From NCBI GenBank assembly GCA_963827425.1, contig CAWHAQ010000002.1:515106-579105 (forward strand): a stretch of DNA of 64,000 bases, read 5' to 3'. This DNA is from an uncultured beta proteobacterium. Its GTDB lineage: Bacteria > Pseudomonadota > Gammaproteobacteria > Burkholderiales > Usitatibacteraceae. The number at the start of each line of letters is the position of its first letter. Within the stretch, counting starts at the first letter, position 1. Shown here in pieces: positions 26,416 through 35,617 of this stretch. A program made the position numbers and the translations under genes. Under the pieces are notes generated by a model. The model did not search any database. It was not told the origin of the DNA and was given only the letters and a program-made list of their open reading frames with translations.

Positions 26416-27207
26416 ATGGCCTCCATGAGGACAGTTCTCGTCCAGGGCTGCGGTGATGTCGGCTCGGCAGTCGCCCACGTGCTTCACTCGGCCGGGTTTG
26501 CCGTGGTTGTGCATGACGTCGAGAGACCGCCTCATTTGCGCAGAACGATGGCGTTTACGGATGCGCTGTTCGAAGGCAAAGCAGTCCTCGAGGGGCTCCT
26601 GGCCAAGAGCACGCGGGGGCTCGAGGAGCTGCCGGTGATGATGGCCTGCCATCGTGCGGTGCCCATGACGACCGCCGATTTCGCTTCCGCGATCGCGACG
26701 GTCAGGCCGCAAGTCGTGGTGGATGCGCGCATGCAGAAGCGCTCGGAGCCGGGTGACGGGCGAGGAGTGGCCGCCATGCTGATAGGCCTGGGCCCGAACT
26801 TCCGGGCGGGGGAGAACGTCGATATCGCCATCGAGACGGCGTGGGGAGAGGACCTGGGCACCGTCGTGCGTGACGGGATGACGCTTCCGCTGGCCGGGGA
26901 TGCGCGGCCGCTCGCCGGTCATGGCCGCGAGCGGTTCGTCTATTCGCAATACGCCGGAACATTCGAAACGGGTCTGTCGATCGGGCAACGCGTGCAGGAG
27001 GGCGAATTCATCGGCCGGGTGGGCGCACACGAATTCGTCGCGCCGATCCCCGGGTGGCTGCGAGGCCTGTCCCATCACGGCGCGCTCGTCTCGATCGGAT
27101 CGAAGATCGTCGAGATCGACGCCGCCTCGGGCGAGGTGCCTCGGGGCCTCGGTGAACGCCCCCGGCGCATTGCGGCGGGCGTGCTGGAGGCTCTCGGCCA
27201 GGGATAG
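26416..27207 (+). CDS. YqeB-like selenium-dependent molybdenum hydroxylase accessory protein
   Basis: GCGDVGSAVA...RRTMAF...VDARMQKR...IGLGPNF...GWLRGL...IAAGVLEA. Confidence 0.78.
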   Translation: MASMRTVLVQGCGDVGSAVAHVLHSAGFAVVVHDVERPPHLRRTMAFTDALFEGKAVLEGLLAKSTRGLEELPVMMACHRAVPMTTADFASAIATVRPQVVVDARMQKRSEPGDGRGVAAMLIGLGPNFRAGENVDIAIETAWGEDLGTVVRDGMTLPLAGDARPLAGHGRERFVYSQYAGTFETGLSIGQRVQEGEFIGRVGAHEFVAPIPGWLRGLSHHGALVSIGSKIVEIDAASGEVPRGLGERPRRIAAGVLEALGQG

Positions 27208-27217
27208 ACCGTCCTGG

Positions 27218-28054
27218 TTATTGCTCCGCCTTCGCGTTCGGGAAGAAGAGCTGCTTGCCCTGGATCTGGTAGCTCTTGATCGTCTCCTGCCCCGCGGGCG
27301 CGAGCAGCCAGTCGACGAACTTCTGGCCCAGCTCCTTCTTCACCTGCGGGCACTTCTCCGGGTTCACCAGCATCACGCCGTACTGGTTGAAGAGCTCAGG
27401 GTCGCCTTCGACCAGGATCTCGAGGTCGCCGCGGTTCTTGAACGAGAGCCACGTGCCGCGGTCGGCGAGCAGGTAGGCGTTCATTCCGGAAGCGGTGTTG
27501 AGCGCGGGTCCCATGCCGGAGCCGGTCTCCTTGTACCAAGGCCCCTTGGTCTTCTCGATGTCGACGCCGGCGTGCTTCCACGCGCGGATCTCGGCCGCCC
27601 ACGTGCCGCTCTTGTCGGCGCGCGAGACGAACGCGGGCCTGGCTTCGGCGATCTTCTTCAGGGCCGCGTCGATGCCGAGCCCCTTCACGTGCGCCGGGTC
27701 CGACTTGGGCCCGATCAGCACGAAGTCGTTGTACATGACGTCGTTGCGCTTCACGCCCCAGCCCTCGCCCAGGAATTTCTCCTCGGCGACCTTGTCGTGG
27801 ACGAACTCCACGTCGGCGTCGCAGCGCCGCCCCATGTCGAGCGCCTGTCCCGTTCCCACCGCGACCACGTGCACGTCGATGCCGGTGTCCTTCGTGAAGG
27901 CGGGCAACAGGTGCTTGAAGAGACCCGACTGCTCGGTCGACGTGGTCGAGGCCACGGTGATGAAGTCGTTGGACAGCGCGAACGGCGCGGCCGCCAGGAG
28001 CGCGGCGCCGAATGCGACGCGCGCGCGCCTCACCAGGGAGGTTGTGTTTTTCAT
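27218..28054 (-). CDS. tupA: Tungstate ABC substrate-binding protein
   Basis: ASTTST..SGL, GTGQAL, MYNDF, FVSR.DKSGT, DRGTW motifs. Confidence 0.9.
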   Translation of the reverse strand: MKNTTSLVRRARVAFGAALLAAAPFALSNDFITVASTTSTEQSGLFKHLLPAFTKDTGIDVHVVAVGTGQALDMGRRCDADVEFVHDKVAEEKFLGEGWGVKRNDVMYNDFVLIGPKSDPAHVKGLGIDAALKKIAEARPAFVSRADKSGTWAAEIRAWKHAGVDIEKTKGPWYKETGSGMGPALNTASGMNAYLLADRGTWLSFKNRGDLEILVEGDPELFNQYGVMLVNPEKCPQVKKELGQKFVDWLLAPAGQETIKSYQIQGKQLFFPNAKAEQ

Positions 28055-28770
28055 GGTAATTCTCCGTCCAGGAAATGCCGGGCCTGCTCGGAGCGCGGGG
28101 CTTCGAAGAAGCGGTCGGCGGGGGTTTGCTCGACGAGCTTTCCGCTGTCGAGGAAGAGGATCTCGTCGGCCACGCGGCGCGCGAGGCCGAGGCGGTGCGT
28201 GGTCATCACGAGGCGCGTGCCGGCCGCGTGGATGCGGCCGATCTCCTGCTCGACGGCGGCTGCGGCGCCGGGGTCGAGGCTCGCGGTGGGCTCGTCGAGG
28301 TAGAGGATGCGCGGGCGCAGCGCCCAGGCGCGCGCGATGGCGAGGCGCTGGCGCTCGCCGCCGGAGAGCGAGCGCGCGGGCTGATCTGCGAGCAGCCACA
28401 GGCCCGCCTCCTCGAGCGCCGTGCGCGCTCGGCGCTGGCGCTCGGCGCCGTTCACGCCGTTCACCGCCAGCGCGTACTCGACGTTGGCGAGAGCCCCGCG
28501 CCGCAGCATCACGGGATGCTGGAACACCATGGCTTCCGCGTCGCGCTGCCGGCCGCCGCCGCCCCACGTGATGGCGCCGGTCGAGGGCACGAGGCCGTGC
28601 AGCGCGCGCAGCAGCGACGTCTTGCCCGCGCCGTTGGGGCCCAGGATCACGGTGCGCTTGCCGGCTTCGAGGCGGAAGGTGACGCCCTCCAGCACCTGGT
28701 GGCCGCCGAAGCGTACGCCCAGGTCCGTGACGTCCAGGGGAAGCACCTCGCGGGCGGGTCCGCTAGCCAT
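28051..28770 (-). CDS. tupC: Tungstate ABC ATPase
   Basis: Walker A GPNGAGKT, LSGGE, DEPTASLDP; operon context. Confidence 0.85.
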   Translation of the reverse strand: MASGPAREVLPLDVTDLGVRFGGHQVLEGVTFRLEAGKRTVILGPNGAGKTSLLRALHGLVPSTGAITWGGGGRQRDAEAMVFQHPVMLRRGALANVEYALAVNGVNGAERQRRARTALEEAGLWLLADQPARSLSGGERQRLAIARAWALRPRILYLDEPTASLDPGAAAAVEQEIGRIHAAGTRLVMTTHRLGLARRVADEILFLDSGKLVEQTPADRFFEAPRSEQARHFLDGELP

Positions 28771-29467
28771 GGCGCAGCGCGCTCCATTCGCGAATCACAT
28801 AGGCGCCGGCGTTGAGCGCCAGCACGATCGCGAGCAGCACGACGCCGAGCGCGAGTGCCAGCGGCAGCTCGCCTTCGGCGGTCTTCAGCGCGATCGCGGT
28901 CGTCATCACGCGGGTCACGCCATCGATGTTGCCGCCCACGATCATCACCGCGCCTACTTCCGAAAATGCGCGGCCGAGTCCCGCGAGCGCCACGGTGAAG
29001 AGCGAGAGCCGCGCGTCCCAGAGCAGCGTGGCCACGGCGCGCGTCGGGCGAACGTTGAGCGACGTGAGCTGCTCGCGGTACTCGTGCCAGGCGTCCTCGA
29101 CGGTCTGGCGCGAGAGGGCGGACACCATCGGGATCACGAGCAGCGTCTGCGCGATCACGATGGCGCCCGGCGTGAAGAGGATGCCCCACGAGCCGAGCGG
29201 CCCTGCGCGCGAGAGCAGCAGGTAGACCACGAGGCCCACCACGACCGAGGGCAGGCCGAGGAGCGCGTTCATGACCACGATCACCGCGCGCCGGCCGGGG
29301 AAGCTCGCCACCGCCACCCCAGCGCCCAGCGGCAGCCCGATCGCGCAGGCGAGCGCCGCCGAGGCGATGCTCACGCCCATCGAGAGGACGACGATGCGCA
29401 CGAACTCGGCGTCGGCCCCCGCGATGAGCTGCAGGGCGAGCCCGAAGCTCGCGAATATTTCAGTCAT
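28763..29467 (-). CDS. tupB: Tungstate ABC permease
   Basis: LPSVVVGL...LSRAGPLG...SEVGAVMIVGGNI...TRVMTTAI. Confidence 0.9.
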   Translation of the reverse strand: MTEIFASFGLALQLIAGADAEFVRIVVLSMGVSIASAALACAIGLPLGAGVAVASFPGRRAVIVVMNALLGLPSVVVGLVVYLLLSRAGPLGSWGILFTPGAIVIAQTLLVIPMVSALSRQTVEDAWHEYREQLTSLNVRPTRAVATLLWDARLSLFTVALAGLGRAFSEVGAVMIVGGNIDGVTRVMTTAIALKTAEGELPLALALGVVLLAIVLALNAGAYVIREWSALRHG

Positions 29468-29523
29468 CTGGAATTTTTGCAAAAAACTGGAAAATGCGCA
29501 AACCGCTGCCTTACAATGGCGCC

Positions 29524-30453
29524 ATGGACCGGCAATCGGGCGACGGCGCGCCGGCCGAGGCTTCCGCCCCGGCCGTGGGGAGCCTGCTCAACGTGCGCGA
29601 GCTGGCGGGCTGGCTGCGCATGAAGGAGCGCAAGGTCTACGACCTCGTCGCCCGCAACGAGATCCCGCACACGCGCGTGGGCGCGAAGATCCTCTTCGCC
29701 CCGCCCGCGGTCGAGCGCTGGCTCGCCCTGCGCGCGACCGGCTCGCCCGCGCGGACGGCGCCGGCCACCGTCGCCGGCAGCCACGACCCGCTGCTCGACT
29801 GGGCGGTGCGGGAGTCGCGCTGCGGCCTGGCGCTCCTCACCCAGGGCTCGCGCGACGGCGTCGAGCGCCTGCTGGCGGGCGAGGCCTCGGCGGCGCTGCT
29901 CCACCTACCGCACGCCGACCTCGCGGATTTCAACCGCGAGGCCGCCGACGAGAGCCTGCGCGGACGCGACATCGTGCTGGTGGAATGGGCGCGGCGCGAG
30001 CAGGGGCTGCTGGTGGCGCGCGGCAATCCCAGGAAGCTGCGCGCCGTGGAGCACCTCGCGCGCCGGGGCGTGCGCGTGGCGCTGCGCCAGCCGGGCAGCG
30101 GCAGCCGCGAGCTGCTGGAGCGCCTGCTCGAGCGCACGAACGTGAAGCCGAGCGCGCTGCACGCGATGGCCGAGACCACGTCCTCGGAGAGCGACCTCGC
30201 CGCGGCCATCGTCACGGGGCGCGCGGACGCGGGGCTCGGAGCGCGCGCGGTCGCGCGCCTCTTCAACCTCGACTTCATCCCGCTCGCCGTCGAGCGCCTG
30301 GACCTCGCCGTGTCCCGCCCGCGCTGGTTCGACCCGCCGCTGCAGGCGCTGTGGCGCTTCGCGCGCTCGCGCCGCTTCGCCGCCCACGCCGGCTCGCTCA
30401 CCGGCTACGACCTCGCGCATGCGGGCGAGGTCACCTGGAACGATCAGGCGTAG
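29524..30453 (+). CDS. Excisionase-HTH + PBP-like regulator (TaoR-like architecture)
   Basis: LNVRELA.WLR....VYDLV...IP HTH; GSHDPLL, RQPGSGS. Confidence 0.85.
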   Translation: MDRQSGDGAPAEASAPAVGSLLNVRELAGWLRMKERKVYDLVARNEIPHTRVGAKILFAPPAVERWLALRATGSPARTAPATVAGSHDPLLDWAVRESRCGLALLTQGSRDGVERLLAGEASAALLHLPHADLADFNREAADESLRGRDIVLVEWARREQGLLVARGNPRKLRAVEHLARRGVRVALRQPGSGSRELLERLLERTNVKPSALHAMAETTSSESDLAAAIVTGRADAGLGARAVARLFNLDFIPLAVERLDLAVSRPRWFDPPLQALWRFARSRRFAAHAGSLTGYDLAHAGEVTWNDQA

Positions 30454-31534
30454 CCCACGCTGCGGCGGTCGATCGCGACGGCCTTCACCAGCGCGTAGAC
30501 CTTCCGTCCGGGCACGATCGCAAGGCGCTGCACCGAGGCGCGCGTGACGCGCGCCACGAGCAGGCGTGGCGCCCACGCGCAGGCTCACGTCCACGATGGC
30601 GCCGAACTCCTCGCCCACGGATTCCACCGTCGCCTCGAGCACGTTCTGGAAGCTCGCATCCCGGGGAGCCTCGAGTGCCAGCGCCACGTCGCGCGATCGG
30701 ATGCGCGCGCGCACCGGCTCGCCGGGCAGCGCGTCGAGGTTGGCGACCACGAGCTCGCCGTCGCCGAAGGCGAGCGTAGTGAGCCCGGAGCCCTCGTCGT
30801 GCCGCGCCACGCGCGCCTCGATCACCGCGCCCGCCTCGTAGCGCGGCGTGTGCGCCTGCATCTCGGGGCGCGCGAGCACGTCGGCCACGCGCGCCCTGCG
30901 CCACGACGCGGCCCTCGGCGAGCAGCACGATGGAGTCGGCGAGCCGCGTCACCTCCTCGAGCGCGTGGCTCACGTACACGATGGGCAGGCGCAGCTCATC
31001 GCGCAGCAGCTCGATGTAGGCCAGGATCTCGGCCTTGCGCGGCGCGTCGAGCGAGGCGAGCGGCTCGTCCATGAGCAGGATGCGCGGGCTCGCGAGCAGC
31101 GCCCGCCCGATCGCCGCGCGCTGGCGCTCGCCGCCCGAGAGGCTCGCGGGGCGCCGGTCGAGGAGGCGGCCGAGGTCCAGCAGCGCCACCACGCGGTCGC
31201 GCTCGACGAAGCGCTCGGCCGCCGGCGTGAGGCGCTCGCCGTACGCGAGGTTGGCCGCGACGTTCATGTGCGGGAAGAGCAGCGCGTCCTGGAACACGTA
31301 GCCCACGCGGCGCGACTCGGGCGGGAGGTCGATGCCGCGCGCGGAATCGAAGAGCGCGCGTCCGCCCACGGCGATGCGCCCGCGCTCGGGCCGCACCACG
31401 CCCGCGATGGCGTTCACGAGCGTGCTCTTGCCCGAGCCCGAGCGGCCGAAGAGTGCGACGATCGGGGCGTCGGCGGCGAACGCGGCCTCGACCACGAAGC
31501 CGGCGCGGCGGATGGTGACGTCGAGGTCAAGCAT
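30444..31534 (-). CDS. modC: Molybdate ABC ATPase (frameshifted)
   Basis: GRSGSGKS, VFQDALLFPH, DEPLASLD; TOBE tail in shifted frames. Confidence 0.88.
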
Positions 31535-32213
31535 CGGTAGCCGGCGGGCCAGCGCGGCGCACCAGCCACTCGGACAGCGCCAGCGCGGCGAGCGACAGCA
31601 CGACCGAGAGGATCGAGAAGCGCAGCGCCATCGCGTCCTGGCCCGGCGACTGCGTGAAGGTGTAGATCGCGAGCGGCAGCGTGCGCGTCTCGCCGGGGAT
31701 GTTGGAGACGAACGTGATGGTGGCCCCGAACTCGCCCAGCGCGCGCGCGAAGGCGAGCAGCGCCCCGGTAACGAGGCCGGACCACGCGAGCGGCAGGGTC
31801 ACCGTGAAGAACACGCGCGTGCGGCTGGCGCCCAGCGTGCGCGCCGCGAGCTCCAGGCGGCGGTCGACGGCGTCGATGGCGAGCCGTATCGCGCGCACCA
31901 TGAGCGGGAAGCCCATGATCGCCGCCGCGAGCGCGGCTCCCGTCCACCGGAACGCGAACACGATGCCCAGGGGCTCGAGCAGGCTGCCGATGGGCCCATG
32001 GCGGCCGAAGAGCACGAGCAGGGCGAAGCCGACGACCACCGGCGGCAGCACGAGCGGCAGGTGCACCACCGCGTCGAAGAGCGTCTTGCCGGGAAAGCGC
32101 TTGCGCGCGAGCACGAACGCGGTGGCCACGGCGAACGGCAAGCTCGTGGCCACGCCCCAGAACGCGACCTTGAGGCTCAGCGCTACGACCTCCAGCTCTT
32201 CGCGAGTCGGCAT
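31527..32213 (-). CDS. modB: Molybdate ABC permease
   Basis: LPLVLPPVVVG, FARALGEFGAT. Confidence 0.93.
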   Translation of the reverse strand: MPTREELEVVALSLKVAFWGVATSLPFAVATAFVLARKRFPGKTLFDAVVHLPLVLPPVVVGFALLVLFGRHGPIGSLLEPLGIVFAFRWTGAALAAAIMGFPLMVRAIRLAIDAVDRRLELAARTLGASRTRVFFTVTLPLAWSGLVTGALLAFARALGEFGATITFVSNIPGETRTLPLAIYTFTQSPGQDAMALRFSILSVVLSLAALALSEWLVRRAGPPATDA

Positions 32214-32217
32214 GCGA

Positions 32218-32967
32218 TCACGGTATCACGCGGAAACCGTAATGCTCCCAGGTGGCGCGCGTGGCGGGCGCGGCGAGGTGCTCGGCAAGCTGCGCGGTCG
32301 CGGCATTGGCGCCCTTCAGCTGCACCATCGGGTAGACGATGTCCGGATGGCTCCCCGCGGGGAAGGCATCGACCACGCGCACGCCCTTGTCGGCCATGGC
32401 GTCGGTGCGATACACGATGCCGAGCGGAGCCTCGTTGCGCGACACGAAGGCGAGCGCGGCGCGGACGTTCTCGGCCGGTGCGATGCGGCCTTCCACGCCC
32501 TGCCACGCGCCGAGCTTGGTGAGCGCCGCCTTCGCATACTTGCCGGCGGGCACGGAATCGGGATTGGCGAGGGCGAGCCGGCCGCCGCCGAGCGCGCTGT
32601 CGAGGTCGAAGCCGGGCCCGATCTTCACCGCGACGGTGGAGGCCGCCGGCGCGATCAGCACCAGGTCGTTGCCCAGCAGGTTCCTGCGCGTGCCGGCAAC
32701 GGTGAGCCCGCGCTTCTCGACGTAATCCACCCAGTCGAGGTCCGCGCTGATGAAGAGCGTGGCCGGGGCGCCCGCCTCGATCTGCTTGGCGAGCGCATTG
32801 CTCGCGGCATACGAGACCGCGACCTTGTTGCCGGTGGCCGCTTCGTAGGGCTTCACCACGGCGTCGAGCGCTTCCTTGAGGCTCGCGGCGGCGAAGACGG
32901 TGACGGTGTCGGCCGACGCGAACGGGGCTGCGGCGAGGCAGAACAGCAGGGCGGCCAGGCGGCGCAT
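32218..32967 (-). CDS. modA: Molybdate-binding protein
   Basis: VFAAASL, ASNALAKQIEAGAP, VPAGKYA, GIVYRTDA. Confidence 0.93.
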   Translation of the reverse strand: MRRLAALLFCLAAAPFASADTVTVFAAASLKEALDAVVKPYEAATGNKVAVSYAASNALAKQIEAGAPATLFISADLDWVDYVEKRGLTVAGTRRNLLGNDLVLIAPAASTVAVKIGPGFDLDSALGGGRLALANPDSVPAGKYAKAALTKLGAWQGVEGRIAPAENVRAALAFVSRNEAPLGIVYRTDAMADKGVRVVDAFPAGSHPDIVYPMVQLKGANAATAQLAEHLAAPATRATWEHYGFRVIP

Positions 32968-32993
32968 GGCGGGGCTCCACGGACGTGGAAGCC

Positions 32994-33017
32994 CGTAATA
33001 TACCGCCGGATATAACG
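32994..33017. promoter_or_regulatory. ModE box
   Basis: CGTAATAT-N8-ATATAACG imperfect palindrome about 27 bp upstream of modA, resembling the ModE consensus. Confidence 0.8.
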
Positions 33018-33023
33018 CGCGGG

Positions 33024-33375
33024 CTAGCGCAGCGAGGGCAGCGAAGCGCGCGAGCTCGGGTGCGATCGCCCGGTCCGCGCGCGCGAGCATCGCGTCGAAG
33101 CGCGTGAGCACGCCGCGCCCGAAGCGCGTCACGCGCGCTCCGCCGCCCCCCGGGCCGCCGGTGGCCGAGTCGACGACCGGCTCGCGGAAGCAGCGGTTCA
33201 TGGTGTCCACGAGGAGCCACGCGCGACGGTACGACATGCCCATGCGCTTGGCGGAAGCGGAGATGGAGCCGGTCTCGGCGATGGCGCGCAGCAGGTCGGC
33301 CTTGCCGGGCCCCATGGCGATCTCGGGGCCCAGCATCACGCGCAGCTTGGTCGCGCCGCGCGCGTGGCGCTTCAC
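33024..33375 (-). CDS. modE: Short ModE (wHTH only)
   Basis: GPGKADLL..IAETGSISASAKRMGMSYRRAW; stop lost, probably by an indel near 33035. Confidence 0.85.
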
Positions 33376-33689
33376 TTCTTCGCTTCGCCGATCAGCTTCT
33401 GCAGCTCGCCCGACTGGTACATCTCGCGCATGATGTCGCAGCCGCCGACGAACTCGCCGTTCACGTAGAGCTGCGGGATCGTGGGCCAGTTGGCGTACTG
33501 CTTGATGCCCTCGCGGATCTCCTGGTCCTGCAGCACGTCGACGGTGAAGATGTCCCCGGCGCCGCACATCTTCAGCAGCTGGGTGGCGGTGGCCGAGAAG
33601 CCGCACATCGGCGCCTGCGGCGAGCCCTTCATGTAGAGCACGACCGGGTGCCCGGTGACCTGCCCGTGGATGGTGTCCTTGGATGACAT
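33372..33689 (-). CDS. grxD: Monothiol glutaredoxin Grx4
   Basis: CGFS, WPTIPQLY, GGCDI. Confidence 0.95.
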   Translation of the reverse strand: MSSKDTIHGQVTGHPVVLYMKGSPQAPMCGFSATATQLLKMCGAGDIFTVDVLQDQEIREGIKQYANWPTIPQLYVNGEFVGGCDIMREMYQSGELQKLIGEAKK

Positions 33690-33707
33690 GGTTCGCTCCT
33701 GGATGGG

Positions 33708-34532
33708 TTATGCAATCTTACCCCCGGCCACGCGCGGGATTCCGGCGAGGTCGGGAAGGGAGATCGGGGTCGGCCGCGCCCGCTTCAAGCAGCAGCGCGC
33801 GCGCGGCCTGCGCCTGGTCGTAGCCGTGCTCGAAGATGAGCCACCCGCCGGGGTCGAGGTGGCGCGCGCGCGCCGGCCACGATGGCGCGGATGGAGGCGA
33901 GCCCGTCGGCGCTGCCGTCGGTGAGGCGCAGCGCGCGGCTCGAAGCGCAGGTCGCCCCGGGAAAGGTGCGGGTCGCCCGCGGCGACGTAGGGCGGGTTCG
34001 CGACCACAAGGTCGAAGCGCCGCTCGCCCACCGGCTCGTACCAGCTTCCGTGCAGCCACTCGATGCGCCCGTCGCAGCCGTGCCGCGCCGCGTTGGCCCG
34101 CGCCACGGCGAGCGCCGCTTCGCTCGCATCGGTGGCCACCACGCGCGCTTCGGGCCGCTGGCATGCGAGCGTCACGGCGATGGCGCCGCTGCCGGTGCCG
34201 AGGTCCAGCACCGTGTCGCGCGGGGCGAGGCGCGCGAGCGCCGCCTCGACGAGCGTCTCGGTCTCGGGGCGCGGGATCAGCACGTCGGCGTTCACCGTGA
34301 AGTCGCGGCCGTAGAACTCGCGGCGACGCAGCAGGTAGGCGATGGGCTCGCCGAGCGCGCGCTGCGTGGCGAGCATGTCGATCTTCGCGTCCTCGCTCTC
34401 GGTGAGGATGCGCATCGGGTTGGCGGCGATCCAGGCGCGGTTGACTCCGAGCACCTCGGCCATGATCACCTGCGCGTCGATGCGGTCCATCGACGCGGTG
34501 AGCTCCTCGAGCGCCGACTTGACGGTCTGCAT
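33708..34532 (-). CDS. prmC: Release factor glutamine methyltransferase (frameshifted)
   Basis: [19 protein letters not shown]. Confidence 0.92.
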   Translation of the reverse strand: MQTVKSALEELTASMDRIDAQVIMAEVLGVNRAWIAANPMRILTESEDAKIDMLATQRALGEPIAYLLRRREFYGRDFTVNADVLIPRPETETLVEAALARLAPRDTVLDLGTGSGAIAVTLACQRPEARVVATDASEAALAVARANAARHGCDGRIEWLHGSWYEPVGERRFDLVVANPPYVAAGDPHLSRGDLRFEPRAAPHRRQRRRARLHPRHRGRRARATSTPAGGSSSSTATTRRRPRARCCLKRARPTPISLPDLAGIPRVAGGKIA

Positions 34533-35617
34533 CAGACGGCGCGCGCGAGGCTCGCGAGGAGCTCGGCCTGGTGCTCGGCGGACGAGTGCCGCTGGTGATG
34601 TCGTCCAGCTCGCCGTCCATGATCGCGTCGATCTTGTGCAGCGTGAGGTTGATGCGGTGGTCGGTGACGCGGCCCTGGGGGAAGTTGTAGGTGCGGATGC
34701 GGTCGGAGCGGTCGCCCGAGCCGATCAGGCTCTTCCTCTCGGAAGCTTCCTTCGCCTGCTGCTCGCGCATCTGCTTGTCCTTGATGCGCGCGGCGAGCAC
34801 GCGCCAGGCCTGCTCGCGGTTCTTGTGCTGGCTCCTCGCGTCCTGGCACTCGACCACGATGCCCGTGGGCGCGTGGGTGAGGCGCACCGCCGAGTCGGTC
34901 TTGTTCACGTGCTGGCCGCCCGCGCCGCTCGCCCGGAACGTGTCGATGCGCACGTCGGCGGGGTTGATCTCCACGCCGCTCGCGTCGTCGGCTTCGGGCA
35001 TCACCGCCACCGTCGCCGCCGAGGTGTGGATGCGGCCCTGCGTCTCCGTGGCGGGCACGCGCTGCACGCGGTGGCCGCCCGACTCGAACTTGAGCTTCGA
35101 GTAGGCGCCGCCGCCCACGATGCGCGCGATGATCTCCTTGATAGCCCCCCGCCTCGCCCGGGCTCTCGGAGACCACCTCCACGCCCCAGCGGTGGCGCTC
35201 GGCGTAGCGCGAGTACATGCGGAAGAGGTCGCCGGCGAAGAGCGCGCTCTCGTCGCCGCCGGCGCCGGCGCGGATCTCGAGGAACAGGTTCTTCTCGTCG
35301 TTGGGATCGCGCGGCAGCAGCATGCGCTGCATCTCGTCCTCGAGCGCGGCCGCGCGGCCACGCCCGGCGCGCATCTCCTCCTCGGCGAACTCGCGCATCG
35401 CCGGGTCGCGCGCCATGTCGGCGGCCGCGGCGACGTCCTCGCCGGCCTTGCGCCACGCGCCGTACGCCTCGACCACGGGCTGGATCTCCGCGCGTTCCTG
35501 GGTGAGCCTGCGGTAGCCGTCGAGGTCGTCGACCACGCCGGGATCGGAGAGCCGCGCGTCGATCTCCTTCAGGCGCGCCTCGAGGCTCGCGAGCTTGGCC
35601 GCGATCGAATCCTTCAT
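34532..35617 (-). CDS. prfA: Peptide chain release factor 1 (frameshifted)
   Basis: GGQ, PAT and RTYNFPQGR motifs; hemA-prfA-prmC order. Confidence 0.93.
   Translation of the reverse strand: MKDSIAAKLASLEARLKEIDARLSDPGVVDDLDGYRRLTQERAEIQPVVEAYGAWRKAGEDVAAAADMARDPAMREFAEEEMRAGRGRAAALEDEMQRMLLPRDPNDEKNLFLEIRAGAGGDESALFAGDLFRMYSRYAERHRWGVEVVSESPGEAGGYQGDHRAHRGRRRLLEAQVRVGRPPRAARARHGDAGPHPHLGGDGGGDARSRRRERRGDQPRRRAHRHVPGERRGRPAREQDRLGGAPHPRAHGHRGRVPGREEPAQEPRAGLARARRAHQGQADARAAGEGSFREEEPDRLGRPLRPHPHLQLPPGPRHRPPHQPHAAQDRRDHGRRAGRHHQRHSSAEHQAELLASLARAV

Noticed and set aside
35130-35150. Programmed frameshift in the release factor gene
   Set aside because: This is prfA rather than prfB, there is no CTT-TGA slippery site, and the break is at a G run typical of sequencing error.
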